Below, in pieces: positions 1-9,188 of a stretch of 64,000 nt of DNA. Origin of the DNA: a virus. Lineage: Duplodnaviria > Caudoviricetes. Location: the IMG/VR virus record IMGVR_UViG_3300020050_007300, positions 9,930-73,929 of that record, one strand, 5' to 3'. How positions within the stretch are numbered: the first letter of the stretch is position 1; each line of letters starts with the position of its first letter. The translations under genes were made by a program, and so were the position numbers. The notes under the pieces are model-generated. The model did no database searches and was not told the DNA's origin. It saw nothing but the letters and a program-made list of their open reading frames with translations.

Positions 1-97
1 GCTTCAGGTCGAAGAACCTTTGCAGCAAGACACCCAGCAAGCCTGTCGCTCCGCCTGAGAGTACGCCGCCTAATAGTGTGGTGATAAGGTCTAACAT
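1..97 (-). CDS. N-terminal part of a membrane protein in the lysis cassette (holin- or spanin-like), truncated by the window edge
   Basis: My translation from ATG 97 gives MLDLITTLLGGVLSGGATGLLGVLLQRFFDLK..., a hydrophobic Gly-rich N-terminus two genes downstream of the endolysin. Not in the ORF track. Confidence 0.5.
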   Translation of the reverse strand, partial: MLDLITTLLGGVLSGGATGLLGVLLQRFFDLK

Positions 98-98
98 G

Positions 99-413
99 TT
101 AAACTCCTTCTGGTGAATACTTAAAAGGCAGATCATGTGTCTGCCCGGCCATTGTGTGAGTGCTCTCTGGGAGAAAAGAAATTTTTCCGTCAGCTACCCA
201 GCTGTGACAAATGTAGGCAACGTCCTTAGTGTCGTCTAAGGTGCACGGTTTAAACGTCTGGAAGAATATAGACGGAGACACCGTAGGTTTCTGCGTATCC
301 CCATTCCAATAGAATCCGTTAGGCCCTGCCTGAATCCTGTGCGGCGCTTTGCACGCAGGGCAGTAGAACTTGAGGCCGTTGTGTGGCAGGCCTGACACTA
401 ATTTTTGCAGCAT
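99..413 (-). CDS. DUF6527-like Cys/His metal-binding protein
   Basis: CPACKAPH, WNGDTQKPTVSPSI and CHSWVADGKISF motifs match this family as recalled. Confidence 0.65.
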   Translation of the reverse strand: MLQKLVSGLPHNGLKFYCPACKAPHRIQAGPNGFYWNGDTQKPTVSPSIFFQTFKPCTLDDTKDVAYICHSWVADGKISFLPESTHTMAGQTHDLPFKYSPEGV

Positions 414-414
414 A

Positions 415-987
415 TTAAGTGAGTAGCCCTAGAGCTTTGGCGTAGAGAGCCTGCCTGTGAGCCAGACCGTTGTAACCTCCGTTAATCCTCTTAGTCAGGC
501 CTGCAAAGTCGTGCCTGTCGCAAAAACTGTTCAGACCCTTGCGCTTCCAAAACAGAGCCGCAGACAGCGCAGCGTAGCGTTTGTAAGCCAACTGCTCAGG
601 TTGCGCATGAAAGTCAGGGCAACCTGGGAGAATCTTCCGCATCTCTACAGTCATCAAACGGTAGTTGGCTTCACCTGTGACCTGGATTAAGCCTCGGCCC
701 ATGTAACGTTTGCCACTACCTGGAAGTACGTTACCAAGTGTCTTAGCAAGTGTGCTTGGGGGTTCGTATCTGAGTTGTTGTTTGGTCGGTCCCCATAACT
801 CGACGACGTAGCGAAGTTGCCCTGACTCGTGGCCAACCTGTGCCAGAAAGCAGGCAGCGCGCTGCCTGTTCTCAATCTCTGCAACTTTGAAAGCCTCTTC
901 CATAAATGGAAGCCATAACCCTGCAGCCTGCGGAGTTATGGCGTAGAGGCTGACAAGTGTGGGAATGTCAACTAAAGTACCGTTCAT
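415..987 (-). CDS. Endolysin, glycoside hydrolase family 19
   Basis: FLAQVGHESG, YMGRGLIQVTGEANY, SAALFW and TKRINGGYNGL motifs. Confidence 0.92.
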   Translation of the reverse strand: MNGTLVDIPTLVSLYAITPQAAGLWLPFMEEAFKVAEIENRQRAACFLAQVGHESGQLRYVVELWGPTKQQLRYEPPSTLAKTLGNVLPGSGKRYMGRGLIQVTGEANYRLMTVEMRKILPGCPDFHAQPEQLAYKRYAALSAALFWKRKGLNSFCDRHDFAGLTKRINGGYNGLAHRQALYAKALGLLT

Positions 988-1291
988 AGAGAGCCTTACC
1001 TATCAAGGTCAGCAAGCCTCCTCCGATGACGGTGAGGACCTTCTTTGTCATGTCGTATTTGTAGCCATCAACAATTTCTGCCGTCTTGTTGAGCATCAGG
1101 TGGTGCTTTCTATGACCATCAAGGTCCGGCTTCTGCAGGTCATTGACTACAAAAGCTGTAAGGGCTTCTACCTGCTTGCGCTCAAGCTCCTCCAACCTTG
1201 CCTCTATCTTATTCAGCAAGTTCCACACGTGGAACAGTGATAACCTATTTCCGTCAGGAGTTTGATGGTCGTGTTCATTAACATCCTGCAC
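968..1291 (-). CDS. Putative holin or antiholin-type protein with one C-terminal TM segment
   Basis: Coiled N-terminus plus VLTVIGGGLLTLIG hydrophobic segment; overlaps the endolysin start. Confidence 0.5.
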   Translation of the reverse strand: MQDVNEHDHQTPDGNRLSLFHVWNLLNKIEARLEELERKQVEALTAFVVNDLQKPDLDGHRKHHLMLNKTAEIVDGYKYDMTKKVLTVIGGGLLTLIGKALYERYFS

Positions 1292-1727
1292 GCTTGTACC
1301 CCTCAGCTAGAATATATGGGCGAATCCAAATCCAAAAAGAAACTATAGCTACTGCTAGTTCTCCCCCAATAGCCGCAGGAGGGGGGTAGACTGCAACCAG
1401 CATTCCAAAAACTACATAACACCAAAGCAGCATACTGCAAAAAGCGAAGCAACGGGCAAAGCTGTTATGTAGGTTCCCTGAGATAACTACCCAGGCCTGA
1501 GCAAAACTTGTGAACAGAAATACGAAACCCCAAGCCTCTTCTCCTGCAAGCATCGCCATGTTGCTGTAGACTGGACGAACAAAGACATTCCCAGGCCACA
1601 GTAGCAAAGCACCCCAGAAGAAAGCGGAGAAAGCAAGAACAATCCTTGATGCTATGAGGTCTGTATCCCACAGAGCGTGAGATACAGAGCAAATGACACG
1701 GTGCTGGCACCGGGGATTGGTTGACAT
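1278..1727 (-). CDS. Multi-pass (about 4 TM) membrane protein in the lysis cassette
   Basis: Four hydrophobic stretches; overlaps the next lysis gene. Confidence 0.6.
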   Translation of the reverse strand: MSTNPRCQHRVICSVSHALWDTDLIASRIVLAFSAFFWGALLLWPGNVFVRPVYSNMAMLAGEEAWGFVFLFTSFAQAWVVISGNLHNSFARCFAFCSMLLWCYVVFGMLVAVYPPPAAIGGELAVAIVSFWIWIRPYILAEGYKRAGC

Positions 1728-1753
1728 GTTGGGTTCCTTTAGGCGTGACAGCG

Positions 1754-1783
1754 CCCTGAGTTAACCGATATTCTAACTCAGGG
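1754..1783 (-). promoter_or_regulatory. Putative promoter for the lysis cassette, with the -10 box inside a 10-bp inverted repeat
   Basis: TAGAAT on the minus strand at 1770-1775. CCCTGAGTTA (1754-1763) and TAACTCAGGG (1774-1783) are perfect inverted arms. Confidence 0.45.
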
Positions 1784-1803
1784 TCGATTTTGTAATAAGG
1801 GAG

Positions 1804-2040
1804 TTACTGAAAGGTGCGCGGCAACTGGCGGCGTGCGACCTCTTGCTCATAAGACAACCGGCAGTGGTCGGGTTGCCAAAAGAACAAGGTGTCGATGGCG
1901 CTGGCCGTCCATCCCCAGTACCTCTGCTTTTTCTGCCGCATACGGTGCGCCCTGCTGGACAGAGTTTCATCTGGAGCCCCTGCTAACAGAGAGTTAGCAA
2001 GTTGGTCCAGAGCAATCAGAAAGTTCAAGATGTAAGTCAT
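1804..2040 (-). CDS. Conserved small phage protein
   Basis: LIALDQLANSLLAGAPDETLSSRA resembles a common tail/lysis-adjacent phage family. Confidence 0.7.
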   Translation of the reverse strand: MTYILNFLIALDQLANSLLAGAPDETLSSRAHRMRQKKQRYWGWTASAIDTLFFWQPDHCRLSYEQEVARRQLPRTFQ

Positions 2041-2531
2041 GCTACAGTTACAGTAAAGACTGGGACGGCCAGGAAAGACTTGTCCGGTAGAGTGTAGACA
2101 CGGTAGCCTGCTTTGAAGGCAAGCCTACCGTTGAGTAGGGGCTTACGAATCCACCACAAAGAGCCTTGGCGTTGCATACCAAACTCTGGACCCCAAGGTC
2201 TTTCCGCAGGTTCCCCAAAAGACGCTGCCAACCCGTGCAACCTGTTACGTATGCCTAACCAATACCACACACAGATAAGGCTTCCGAAACGTCTGTACAC
2301 AGACTTAACAGTAGGTTCGTAAAGACCCCCAGGGAGTCTTTCATCAGGGGTCTCTAGCCAGCGTAACCATTTAGGCATGTCACCACGTACTGCAGGGTGG
2401 TTGTTGCTGCGGTCCAGGCTGAAGCCCCCGTCCCACCGAATGAAGGGCAGGGCTAGGAGCACAAACAGCGGAGCTAGCAGTGCTGCAAGTTGCAGAAATA
2501 GCGCAATAGCGATTGGCTTAATGTAGTTCAT
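2037..2531 (-). CDS. Conserved phage membrane protein downstream of the tail fibre
   Basis: N-terminal TM segment and Trp-rich body; 4-nt overlaps with both neighbours. Confidence 0.65.
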   Translation of the reverse strand: MNYIKPIAIALFLQLAALLAPLFVLLALPFIRWDGGFSLDRSNNHPAVRGDMPKWLRWLETPDERLPGGLYEPTVKSVYRRFGSLICVWYWLGIRNRLHGLAASFGEPAERPWGPEFGMQRQGSLWWIRKPLLNGRLAFKAGYRVYTLPDKSFLAVPVFTVTVA

Positions 2532-2905
2532 CGAGTTGCCGCGTCCAGGAAAAGATCGTCAAGTTGTTTGTCAGTCAGGCTCAAAAGTACGCCCATTGCA
2601 GCGACCAAGGAAGAATCCCTACGAACTCTAGGTGCGAACTCCCAGGTTTCTCTAGCTTCTTCGCCCTCAATCCCAGGCATAGCGGCGATGGCAGCTTTGA
2701 CTGCGGCAAGGTGCCCGGCGTGCAGGAGAGCAAGTCTTGCTTGGACCATCTCTACGAAAATTGGGACAGGTTTTGCTTTCGGGGCGAGGTGGTCTGCAAC
2801 CTCTCCTTCGGTCATAGCCAGCCAACCTTGCTGAATGACGGAGTCTTGTGAACCGTCAGACTCTAGGGCGGTCACTAGGCCTGCGGGTGTTAGGTAGTAT
2901 TTCAT
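2528..2905 (-). CDS. Tail fibre assembly chaperone
   Basis: Directly follows the fibre; WEFAPRVRRDSSLV...LSLTDKQLDDLF pattern is typical of fibre chaperones. Confidence 0.65.
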   Translation of the reverse strand: MKYYLTPAGLVTALESDGSQDSVIQQGWLAMTEGEVADHLAPKAKPVPIFVEMVQARLALLHAGHLAAVKAAIAAMPGIEGEEARETWEFAPRVRRDSSLVAAMGVLLSLTDKQLDDLFLDAATR

Positions 2906-2909
2906 GTGT

Positions 2910-4136
2910 TTACCTGAGTTCCAACCATTGGTTTACGTTTTGGGCGTGCATATTAATGTGGTAGTGGCTATTGTTGGGGACAATTGCACATACGGTGTTA
3001 TGGTCATTACCTACAGACCCAGCAGGGTTGCCTGTAGATGCTATACGGACGTTATCTACATACAAGATAGGCCCACCATCCGGCCCCTGGCAAATAACAG
3101 AGACCATAATAGGCCGACCAGTTGTATTCCAGTATGCGGTGTTAATCGACCTACTCCCAGTAACATCCTGCCAGCTCTGCCCAAGTCCTATAGCACCTCC
3201 TGCGCTGTTAGCGTAGCCTGCGCTGTTTGCGTATCCAGCATTAGCCGCGTAAGCCACACTAAAGTTAGAGGGGTTGTAAACGTACTGGTCCTCTGGGTTG
3301 TTACCACCCCACATCCAGGTAGGTTGGCCTCCTTGGCCTGACCAGTTGAACCGCATAGGGGTAGAACTACCCCCAGCTCGGAGAAACGCTGCGTTAGTAG
3401 CTTCGTTGGCAGTTCCCTGCAGGTTGCCCGCAAGTCCCGCACAATGGAACCACCCGTCAGCGTCGAGGCTTGCTAGACCTCCTCCTGCAGCGTTGGCCCA
3501 CAGATGGCACCCACTACCGCCGTTAACCGAGGGTCTGTAGAACATACCCCAGTTAGCGTCGTTGCTGTTAATGTGCCCGCTACCGTTACCACTATAGAAA
3601 TACACAGAATTCTCCAGGCGAATCTCTTTAGCGTAAATGTTCCGCCAGTTGTTGCTCGCCCTTCCTAGGTCGTAGGAGTTAGTCGCCTGTGGGTACAAAG
3701 TCCCTGTGTTGTCGATGACAGTACGGATAACACCCACAGTTCCAAGTGCAATACCCTGGCTCTGGTTGTTTACCAGATACAGGTTGCTGTCTGCGTTCAT
3801 CTCCAGCCGAGCGCCTACAGCTGCGTTGCCAGGACTGCGCAACTGCAGCAAACCGCCTCCACCCCCTACACCGTAAGACGTGAGAGTTGTGCCTGTAATG
3901 GTGTTCTCTGCCAAGATGTTGCCGAACGGTAGCAACCCCCAGGAAGTGCCGTTGTACTCCTCCCAGGCTTTTGACGACCTGTTGTAACGCTTGGCGTAAG
4001 TAGGCACTGCACCAGTAAAACTTGACTGCACACTGTCAAGGCCCACTGCGAGTGCCAGCAGGTTGGCCCGTATACCCTGCGTAAACTGCGTCAGATAGTT
4101 ATCTGTCGTAGCAGGTTTTGTTACATCAAATGCCAT
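2910..4136 (-). CDS. Tail fibre / receptor-binding protein
   Basis: Gly/Asn-rich with YANSAG repeats and a C-terminal GLGQSWQDVTGSRSINTAYWNTTGRPIMV tip domain. Start moved to ATG 4136, immediately after the upstream stop. Confidence 0.8.
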   Translation of the reverse strand: MAFDVTKPATTDNYLTQFTQGIRANLLALAVGLDSVQSSFTGAVPTYAKRYNRSSKAWEEYNGTSWGLLPFGNILAENTITGTTLTSYGVGGGGGLLQLRSPGNAAVGARLEMNADSNLYLVNNQSQGIALGTVGVIRTVIDNTGTLYPQATNSYDLGRASNNWRNIYAKEIRLENSVYFYSGNGSGHINSNDANWGMFYRPSVNGGSGCHLWANAAGGGLASLDADGWFHCAGLAGNLQGTANEATNAAFLRAGGSSTPMRFNWSGQGGQPTWMWGGNNPEDQYVYNPSNFSVAYAANAGYANSAGYANSAGGAIGLGQSWQDVTGSRSINTAYWNTTGRPIMVSVICQGPDGGPILYVDNVRIASTGNPAGSVGNDHNTVCAIVPNNSHYHINMHAQNVNQWLELR

Positions 4137-4137
4137 A

Positions 4138-7100
4138 TTAGAATCCTCGTGCGCTCCATGAAAAATCTCCACCTACGTCTACACCGGAAGTATTGTACAG
4201 CCTTACAGTGAATTGTGTAGGATTCGGCACACCAGCGTAGATGACAACTGGGATTTTTGGTGTACTGCCAAGGGGTTGCACAATAGGTGTGTCGGCGTCT
4301 AAGAATGCGTACTTAAAGTACACCACAGTACCGCCCACAGCAGCGACACCTTCGCCAGAATCGTTGCGGAGCTTGATACTGAGCTTGACGTTGATGCCGG
4401 TAACAGAAGCAAGGTTTGCGCCAGCAGTGCAGGTAAAGTTGAACCGTACTTTCAGATACCTAAATGCAGGCATAACTGCATTGCTAATCCCTGCTGGCAA
4501 GTCAACCCAAGCATCGCCAAGGTTTGTCTTGTAGCTAATGCTGCAGATTGCCGTAACCTCACCGTCAAGGTTTTGTGACATTAGGCTAACTGCTACTGTT
4601 GTAGAAGGTATGACTGCCTCGTAGTCAATTACTTCCTCGTAAGAACCGGTAGCGAGTCCCGGCTCTGGGTACAGGGGGTAACCTGCAGCAGTCTGATCGG
4701 CAGCAGTGCCAAAACCATTGTCAGAGTAGTGAGAAGCCCAGGTCTGGTTTAAGTTTACAGGGCCAATCCAGTTATTTGGACTGTCTTGGTAGAAGTTAAC
4801 CCACGTGCCCGGGAAGTTGGTATTGTAGTCGTCCTGCAGGATGTAGTCTGGAGGTTGGTTAATCAGTGCCTGGATGTTCACCGCAGGGCCGTAGTTGTTA
4901 GCGCTGTCTACTGCGCTAATCCAGTAGACGTAAGTTCCTGCAGTTTGCTCAAAGATTGTCGTAAACGTACTGTTACCGTTAGAGCCTACAGGAAAACCTA
5001 GCGCCCAGGACACACCACGACGAACCTCATAACGGTCGATAGGCAGCTGGTTAGCGTCAATCGTAGGTGCAGTCCAGTAGAGCAGAGCATTGTTGTCAAT
5101 AACTTCAGACCTCGCAGGTGCCACAGAGTCAGGCACGCTAATGCTAACTAGCACTGTGGCAGGTTCCCCAGCGTTACCTGCTGCGTCAATACCTGTGATG
5201 TACCAGTTCTGGCTACCACCGAAGTCAGCCTTGATTCGGAACCCCAGAGCCTTGGTACTGTCTACAAAAGTAGACGTAGCATAGGTTGCTCCCCTGCGAA
5301 TTTCGTAGAGGTCTACAAGGAACTCGCTGTACGGTGTTTGCCACGTAAGAACAAGGTCTGTTCCTACGAGCGTAGAGAAGCCTACCGTAGCCACGGGTCC
5401 GCCAATCTGGATAGTGGCGATTGCTTCTGTAGCACTGTAGTTGCCAGAGGTGTCGATAGCCTTAATACGAACAATCCTGGAGCCCTTGATCTGGAGGTTC
5501 CACAGATAGTTAGAGCTGACAGATTGGCCTATCTTGGTGGAGGTTTCCCATGAGCTACCGTTAGTGCGCAATTCATAAACTGACAGGTCCGCGTCAGGGA
5601 TTGGTGTCCAACTAATACGCACGCCTACAGGCTCAAAGGTGTAGCTTACGTTGCTGACGTTTGAAGGGGGTGCGGTTTTGCCGATTACCTGGGCCTGCAC
5701 CTGAGTATTCCAATCGCTCACACCCGTACTTGTGCGGGCACGGGCACGAATGATGTAGAAAGCGTTGTCAGTTACTTCAGCAGTTACAACTGTTGTGTCA
5801 GAACCAGACACAACTAGCTGCGTCCATTCCGCCGAGCTGGTAGATAGGCGGTACTGCACCTCAATGCGACCCCCCTGCAGAACTGCACCGTCAGCAGACT
5901 GAGGCCACGAGACGCGCATACGACTGACCACTGTACCATCAGACTGCTTGAGCAACTCTGCTGTACCGCTTGCAATGGTTAGAGCTCCCACAGGAGCGAC
6001 CAACCAGGGTTTCGGCAGGTTGGTGTTAATTGCGTAACCTTGCGGAAGGAAGCTGGCGTCTTGAGAAAAAATGGCCGCAGAAGTCTCTTTCAGAGTCAGA
6101 AGAATAGTACCTTCTGTTGTCCAGGTTCTACCCTGCACCGTAAACACCTTGTCAACCCACCCATAACGAGCGAGTGTCAGTGAAACGTTATCGAACAACT
6201 CAAGCTTGTAGGCGCTCAACTTAAACGGAATTTCTACCGTCAGCGGGTCGCGGGCATCTCGCATGAGAATACCGGCTACGTGCAGAGCCTGCGGAGCGTA
6301 ACCAATCGCAGAGAACTGGAAGTCCTGCACAAGTTCTGCCCCGTCACGGGTGATGAGGTCTGCACCTACTAGGGGGGTCAGCGAAACCTGCTTAGAGTCC
6401 TGCCCCTGGTCCCAGATGACTACCTTGGCAGTGTTAAATTGCTGAGCCCTTGCACGATGTACACCTATCTTAATAGGTGTCTGCGTAGCGGAAGTGCCTG
6501 AACGGTTGACAACTGCAAGGTCTGCCTCTGTCAGGTTCATTACAGGGTTGGTGTAAACGCCTGCACGAACGAATAAGCTACCGCCAGCGAAAGCCCAGCT
6601 ACCGGCCATAGCTGTAGCAAGTTCCGTAAAGGCTTCGTCACAGGCACCCCCATAAGGCTGAACCAGGGAGGCCCTGAACATAGGGTGGGTTACATGCGAA
6701 GCAAAACCCACAACCCACTGCGTAGGAATGTCACAGTTATTCGCAGCCGTAGAGATACGCGCGTCTTCTTCGGCAGTTACCGCAGCCTTACCAAAGAAAG
6801 AGCTTGTGTACAGCCACCGCATCATCAGTGCGGGATTTTCTGACCAGCGTGTCTGGCCATCTCGCGGGTCATATAGCTTTGCTCCGCGAACTACTGCAGA
6901 GATGGCTGGCAGGCCTGACGGGAACGAAGTCTCGTTAAAGGTCAACTTAGCTACAAGGTACGCCACACCCTGCACAACATGGTTGTCTCCCCACGCGTCG
7001 GGGAAAGCCGCCCTGAGCATAGGGTCTACAGTCTGACCGGGGGCACCGAGGTGGATGTTGATTTTTACGTTGCTGTGGTACTCGTAAATCTGGTAACTAT

Positions 7101-7617
7101 AGTTGCCCGTGTCTTCGTAACCTTCTTGACTCTCCCCAGAACCACCTCCTCCGAGGCCTCTAAAAATCTTGTTTACGTTAAAGGCCCCTGCGGGAACTGC
7201 AGCAAAGCTAGGGGCTACACCGGAAGCAGTCGACCTAATGCTGTAAGGTTCCGAAGTAACCTCCCCATTGGCGTTCAACGTAACGAGTTCGTCGTTCAGG
7301 TATATAGCTTCTACAGCGTCAATCTCATGGCCTGCCAAAGCAATGGCCATGTACATGTCTTTGTTGTTCTCTCCTGTACTAGCTTTGTAGAACACCGCAC
7401 CAGACTTGCGCACACGACCGAAGACGGCATCTCGCTTAGCCACGGTACTAGTTATATTAACAAGTCTGTCAGTCTGTGCTGCATTAGCCGCCTCCTTGGC
7501 CGCTTTCTTAGCTTTACGCGCACGGTCCATGCTATAGGCTGTGCTTACTATAACTATAGCTATCTGAATAGCAATAACATAGTTAGTTACTATCCAAACT
7601 ACGACGGCTGCTGGCAT
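4138..7617 (-). CDS. Central tail tip / host specificity protein (lambda J-like) with FnIII-like repeats
   Basis: 1159 aa; AISAVVRGAKLYDPR and WSENPALMMR motifs; beta-rich repeats; expected position after the tail tip genes. Confidence 0.85.
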   Translation of the reverse strand: MPAAVVVWIVTNYVIAIQIAIVIVSTAYSMDRARKAKKAAKEAANAAQTDRLVNITSTVAKRDAVFGRVRKSGAVFYKASTGENNKDMYMAIALAGHEIDAVEAIYLNDELVTLNANGEVTSEPYSIRSTASGVAPSFAAVPAGAFNVNKIFRGLGGGGSGESQEGYEDTGNYSYQIYEYHSNVKINIHLGAPGQTVDPMLRAAFPDAWGDNHVVQGVAYLVAKLTFNETSFPSGLPAISAVVRGAKLYDPRDGQTRWSENPALMMRWLYTSSFFGKAAVTAEEDARISTAANNCDIPTQWVVGFASHVTHPMFRASLVQPYGGACDEAFTELATAMAGSWAFAGGSLFVRAGVYTNPVMNLTEADLAVVNRSGTSATQTPIKIGVHRARAQQFNTAKVVIWDQGQDSKQVSLTPLVGADLITRDGAELVQDFQFSAIGYAPQALHVAGILMRDARDPLTVEIPFKLSAYKLELFDNVSLTLARYGWVDKVFTVQGRTWTTEGTILLTLKETSAAIFSQDASFLPQGYAINTNLPKPWLVAPVGALTIASGTAELLKQSDGTVVSRMRVSWPQSADGAVLQGGRIEVQYRLSTSSAEWTQLVVSGSDTTVVTAEVTDNAFYIIRARARTSTGVSDWNTQVQAQVIGKTAPPSNVSNVSYTFEPVGVRISWTPIPDADLSVYELRTNGSSWETSTKIGQSVSSNYLWNLQIKGSRIVRIKAIDTSGNYSATEAIATIQIGGPVATVGFSTLVGTDLVLTWQTPYSEFLVDLYEIRRGATYATSTFVDSTKALGFRIKADFGGSQNWYITGIDAAGNAGEPATVLVSISVPDSVAPARSEVIDNNALLYWTAPTIDANQLPIDRYEVRRGVSWALGFPVGSNGNSTFTTIFEQTAGTYVYWISAVDSANNYGPAVNIQALINQPPDYILQDDYNTNFPGTWVNFYQDSPNNWIGPVNLNQTWASHYSDNGFGTAADQTAAGYPLYPEPGLATGSYEEVIDYEAVIPSTTVAVSLMSQNLDGEVTAICSISYKTNLGDAWVDLPAGISNAVMPAFRYLKVRFNFTCTAGANLASVTGINVKLSIKLRNDSGEGVAAVGGTVVYFKYAFLDADTPIVQPLGSTPKIPVVIYAGVPNPTQFTVRLYNTSGVDVGGDFSWSARGF

Positions 7618-7618
7618 C

Positions 7619-8029
7619 TTAGACTTTCCAAACGTGGGTGGCTTCTGACATACTGACTGTCATTATACCTTCGGCGGCTACGCAAAGAATGTTATCACCG
7701 TTGCAGATGCCCAAAGTGACCTCGCCCAAAGTCAGGAATGCAACAACATCACCCACGGCGGCGAATCCTGGCGATTTTGGAGCGCCTAAAACTTTGACAA
7801 CTGCCTCATGTAGTGTCTGACCATCAGATAAAACCTGAATTGCCCTCAATGCTTCTTTAGCAGTTCGCACTGCACGCAATTCCGGTGGAGCGTAGTCCGT
7901 ACCAGTGATAGCAATTAAGGCATCACACACGAAAGTAGTGCAGTCGTTTGTACCCCATGCAAAAGGTAGGTTCTTACGCGCTTTGTAGAACTCTGCAAAG
8001 TAGGTAGCCCAGTTAGTGCGGCGTGTCAT
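7619..8029 (-). CDS. NlpC/P60-like tail tip protein (lambda K-like)
   Basis: PFAWGTNDCTTF and GDVV motifs; ATG 8029 overlaps the upstream TGA. Confidence 0.75.
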   Translation of the reverse strand: MTRRTNWATYFAEFYKARKNLPFAWGTNDCTTFVCDALIAITGTDYAPPELRAVRTAKEALRAIQVLSDGQTLHEAVVKVLGAPKSPGFAAVGDVVAFLTLGEVTLGICNGDNILCVAAEGIMTVSMSEATHVWKV

Positions 8030-8598
8030 TGGTAGTAGAAAGCCTTGGCAGGCCAAATAATAGGTTTATCAACTTGGTCAACAACGTACTTAAAAGCCCC
8101 GTCGTAAGGGTTAACTCTCGCTTGGTCCTCTACTGTGTATAGCCACGAGTTTCCTGATATTAGGTCTGCCGCCTTAGACTCTGCAGTTACTGAAATTGCA
8201 CATGTTTCCCCGTCCTCGGAAATAGACATAATATCAAGTCTCCCTACCCACTCTAGGGGGGCGTCTAAAATTTGGTAGGTTTCAGAGTTTAGGATTGCTG
8301 TTCGGATAGTGCACACAGTACCCTGCACAAGGTTTGCCTCGTCTAGTGCTAGGGCTACTGAAGCCGCATCCCCAAACAACTCAAACGTCAGACCTTCGAC
8401 CTCCCCCGGCTTGTCGTTGACGGGGCTAACTGTGCCAAGGCCTCTTGCACCTTTGTACGTGACTCCGCCAAAGTCTAAGTCCCAGGTTGAGGTGTTCAGG
8501 GCTACAGGTGTAGTAGAGAAAGCGAAGTAAATAAGTTGCACGATAGCCAACTGGCCGCTATTAAGCGCTGCCAGTGTAGGTGCCGACAGGTTCTTCAT
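8026..8598 (-). CDS. Minor tail protein (tail tip assembly)
   Basis: Gene order TMP, distal tail, this gene, NlpC, J; contains YKGARGLGTVS. Confidence 0.7.
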   Translation of the reverse strand: MKNLSAPTLAALNSGQLAIVQLIYFAFSTTPVALNTSTWDLDFGGVTYKGARGLGTVSPVNDKPGEVEGLTFELFGDAASVALALDEANLVQGTVCTIRTAILNSETYQILDAPLEWVGRLDIMSISEDGETCAISVTAESKAADLISGNSWLYTVEDQARVNPYDGAFKYVVDQVDKPIIWPAKAFYYQ

Positions 8599-9188
8599 AT
8601 GGCTTCTCCAAACGTAAACGAAGAGTCTTCTACAACTGCGCCGCTGTAGTTAACTCCCGAAGTATCCATCAGACGAAAAGGTACCGAGGGTTTGTCCCAT
8701 ATGACAGGTGTACCAGCGGCGCAGGCTTTGCGCAGGCGTTGGGCAAGTGCTACCTCTATCACACCTCCGATTGCTGTAGCATCCTGTCGCACCATCACTA
8801 GCATACCGTTGAAGCCTAGCATATCCCCCTCTAAGAGAGTGCCGTTAGCAGGAGACACACCTGTAATTCGCAGGTACTGCTCACCCTGCAGACGACTAAC
8901 CTCAAGTGTCATACTGCCCCTAGCCGTGCCCGAAGGCGCAGGCCGCACGAAGTGGTGCAGGTTTACAAAGTTTGTCTGCCCACGCAACGCACCTATGAAG
9001 GATTCCAGTTTTGCGCCTGACTGATAAGACATAAGCTGAACGGTGGCAGAGCAAGTCCACCTGTCGTTCAGCATGTCCACCGCCTGCTCGCTTCCTCCAA
9101 AGTTGGAGGAAGCTACCCGCTGGTTAGTCACACTTTTAAATACACAGGTGCTTGGGATAAACACTGCTGGTAGGGCTATGATGCTCAT
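8595..9188 (-). CDS. Distal tail protein
   Basis: Immediately downstream of the tape measure gene; beta-rich, 197 aa. Confidence 0.65.
   Translation of the reverse strand: MSIIALPAVFIPSTCVFKSVTNQRVASSNFGGSEQAVDMLNDRWTCSATVQLMSYQSGAKLESFIGALRGQTNFVNLHHFVRPAPSGTARGSMTLEVSRLQGEQYLRITGVSPANGTLLEGDMLGFNGMLVMVRQDATAIGGVIEVALAQRLRKACAAGTPVIWDKPSVPFRLMDTSGVNYSGAVVEDSSFTFGEAI

Noticed and set aside
2910-4136. Diversity-generating retroelement acting on the tail fibre
   Set aside because: No reverse transcriptase and no template/variable repeat pair seen in the window.
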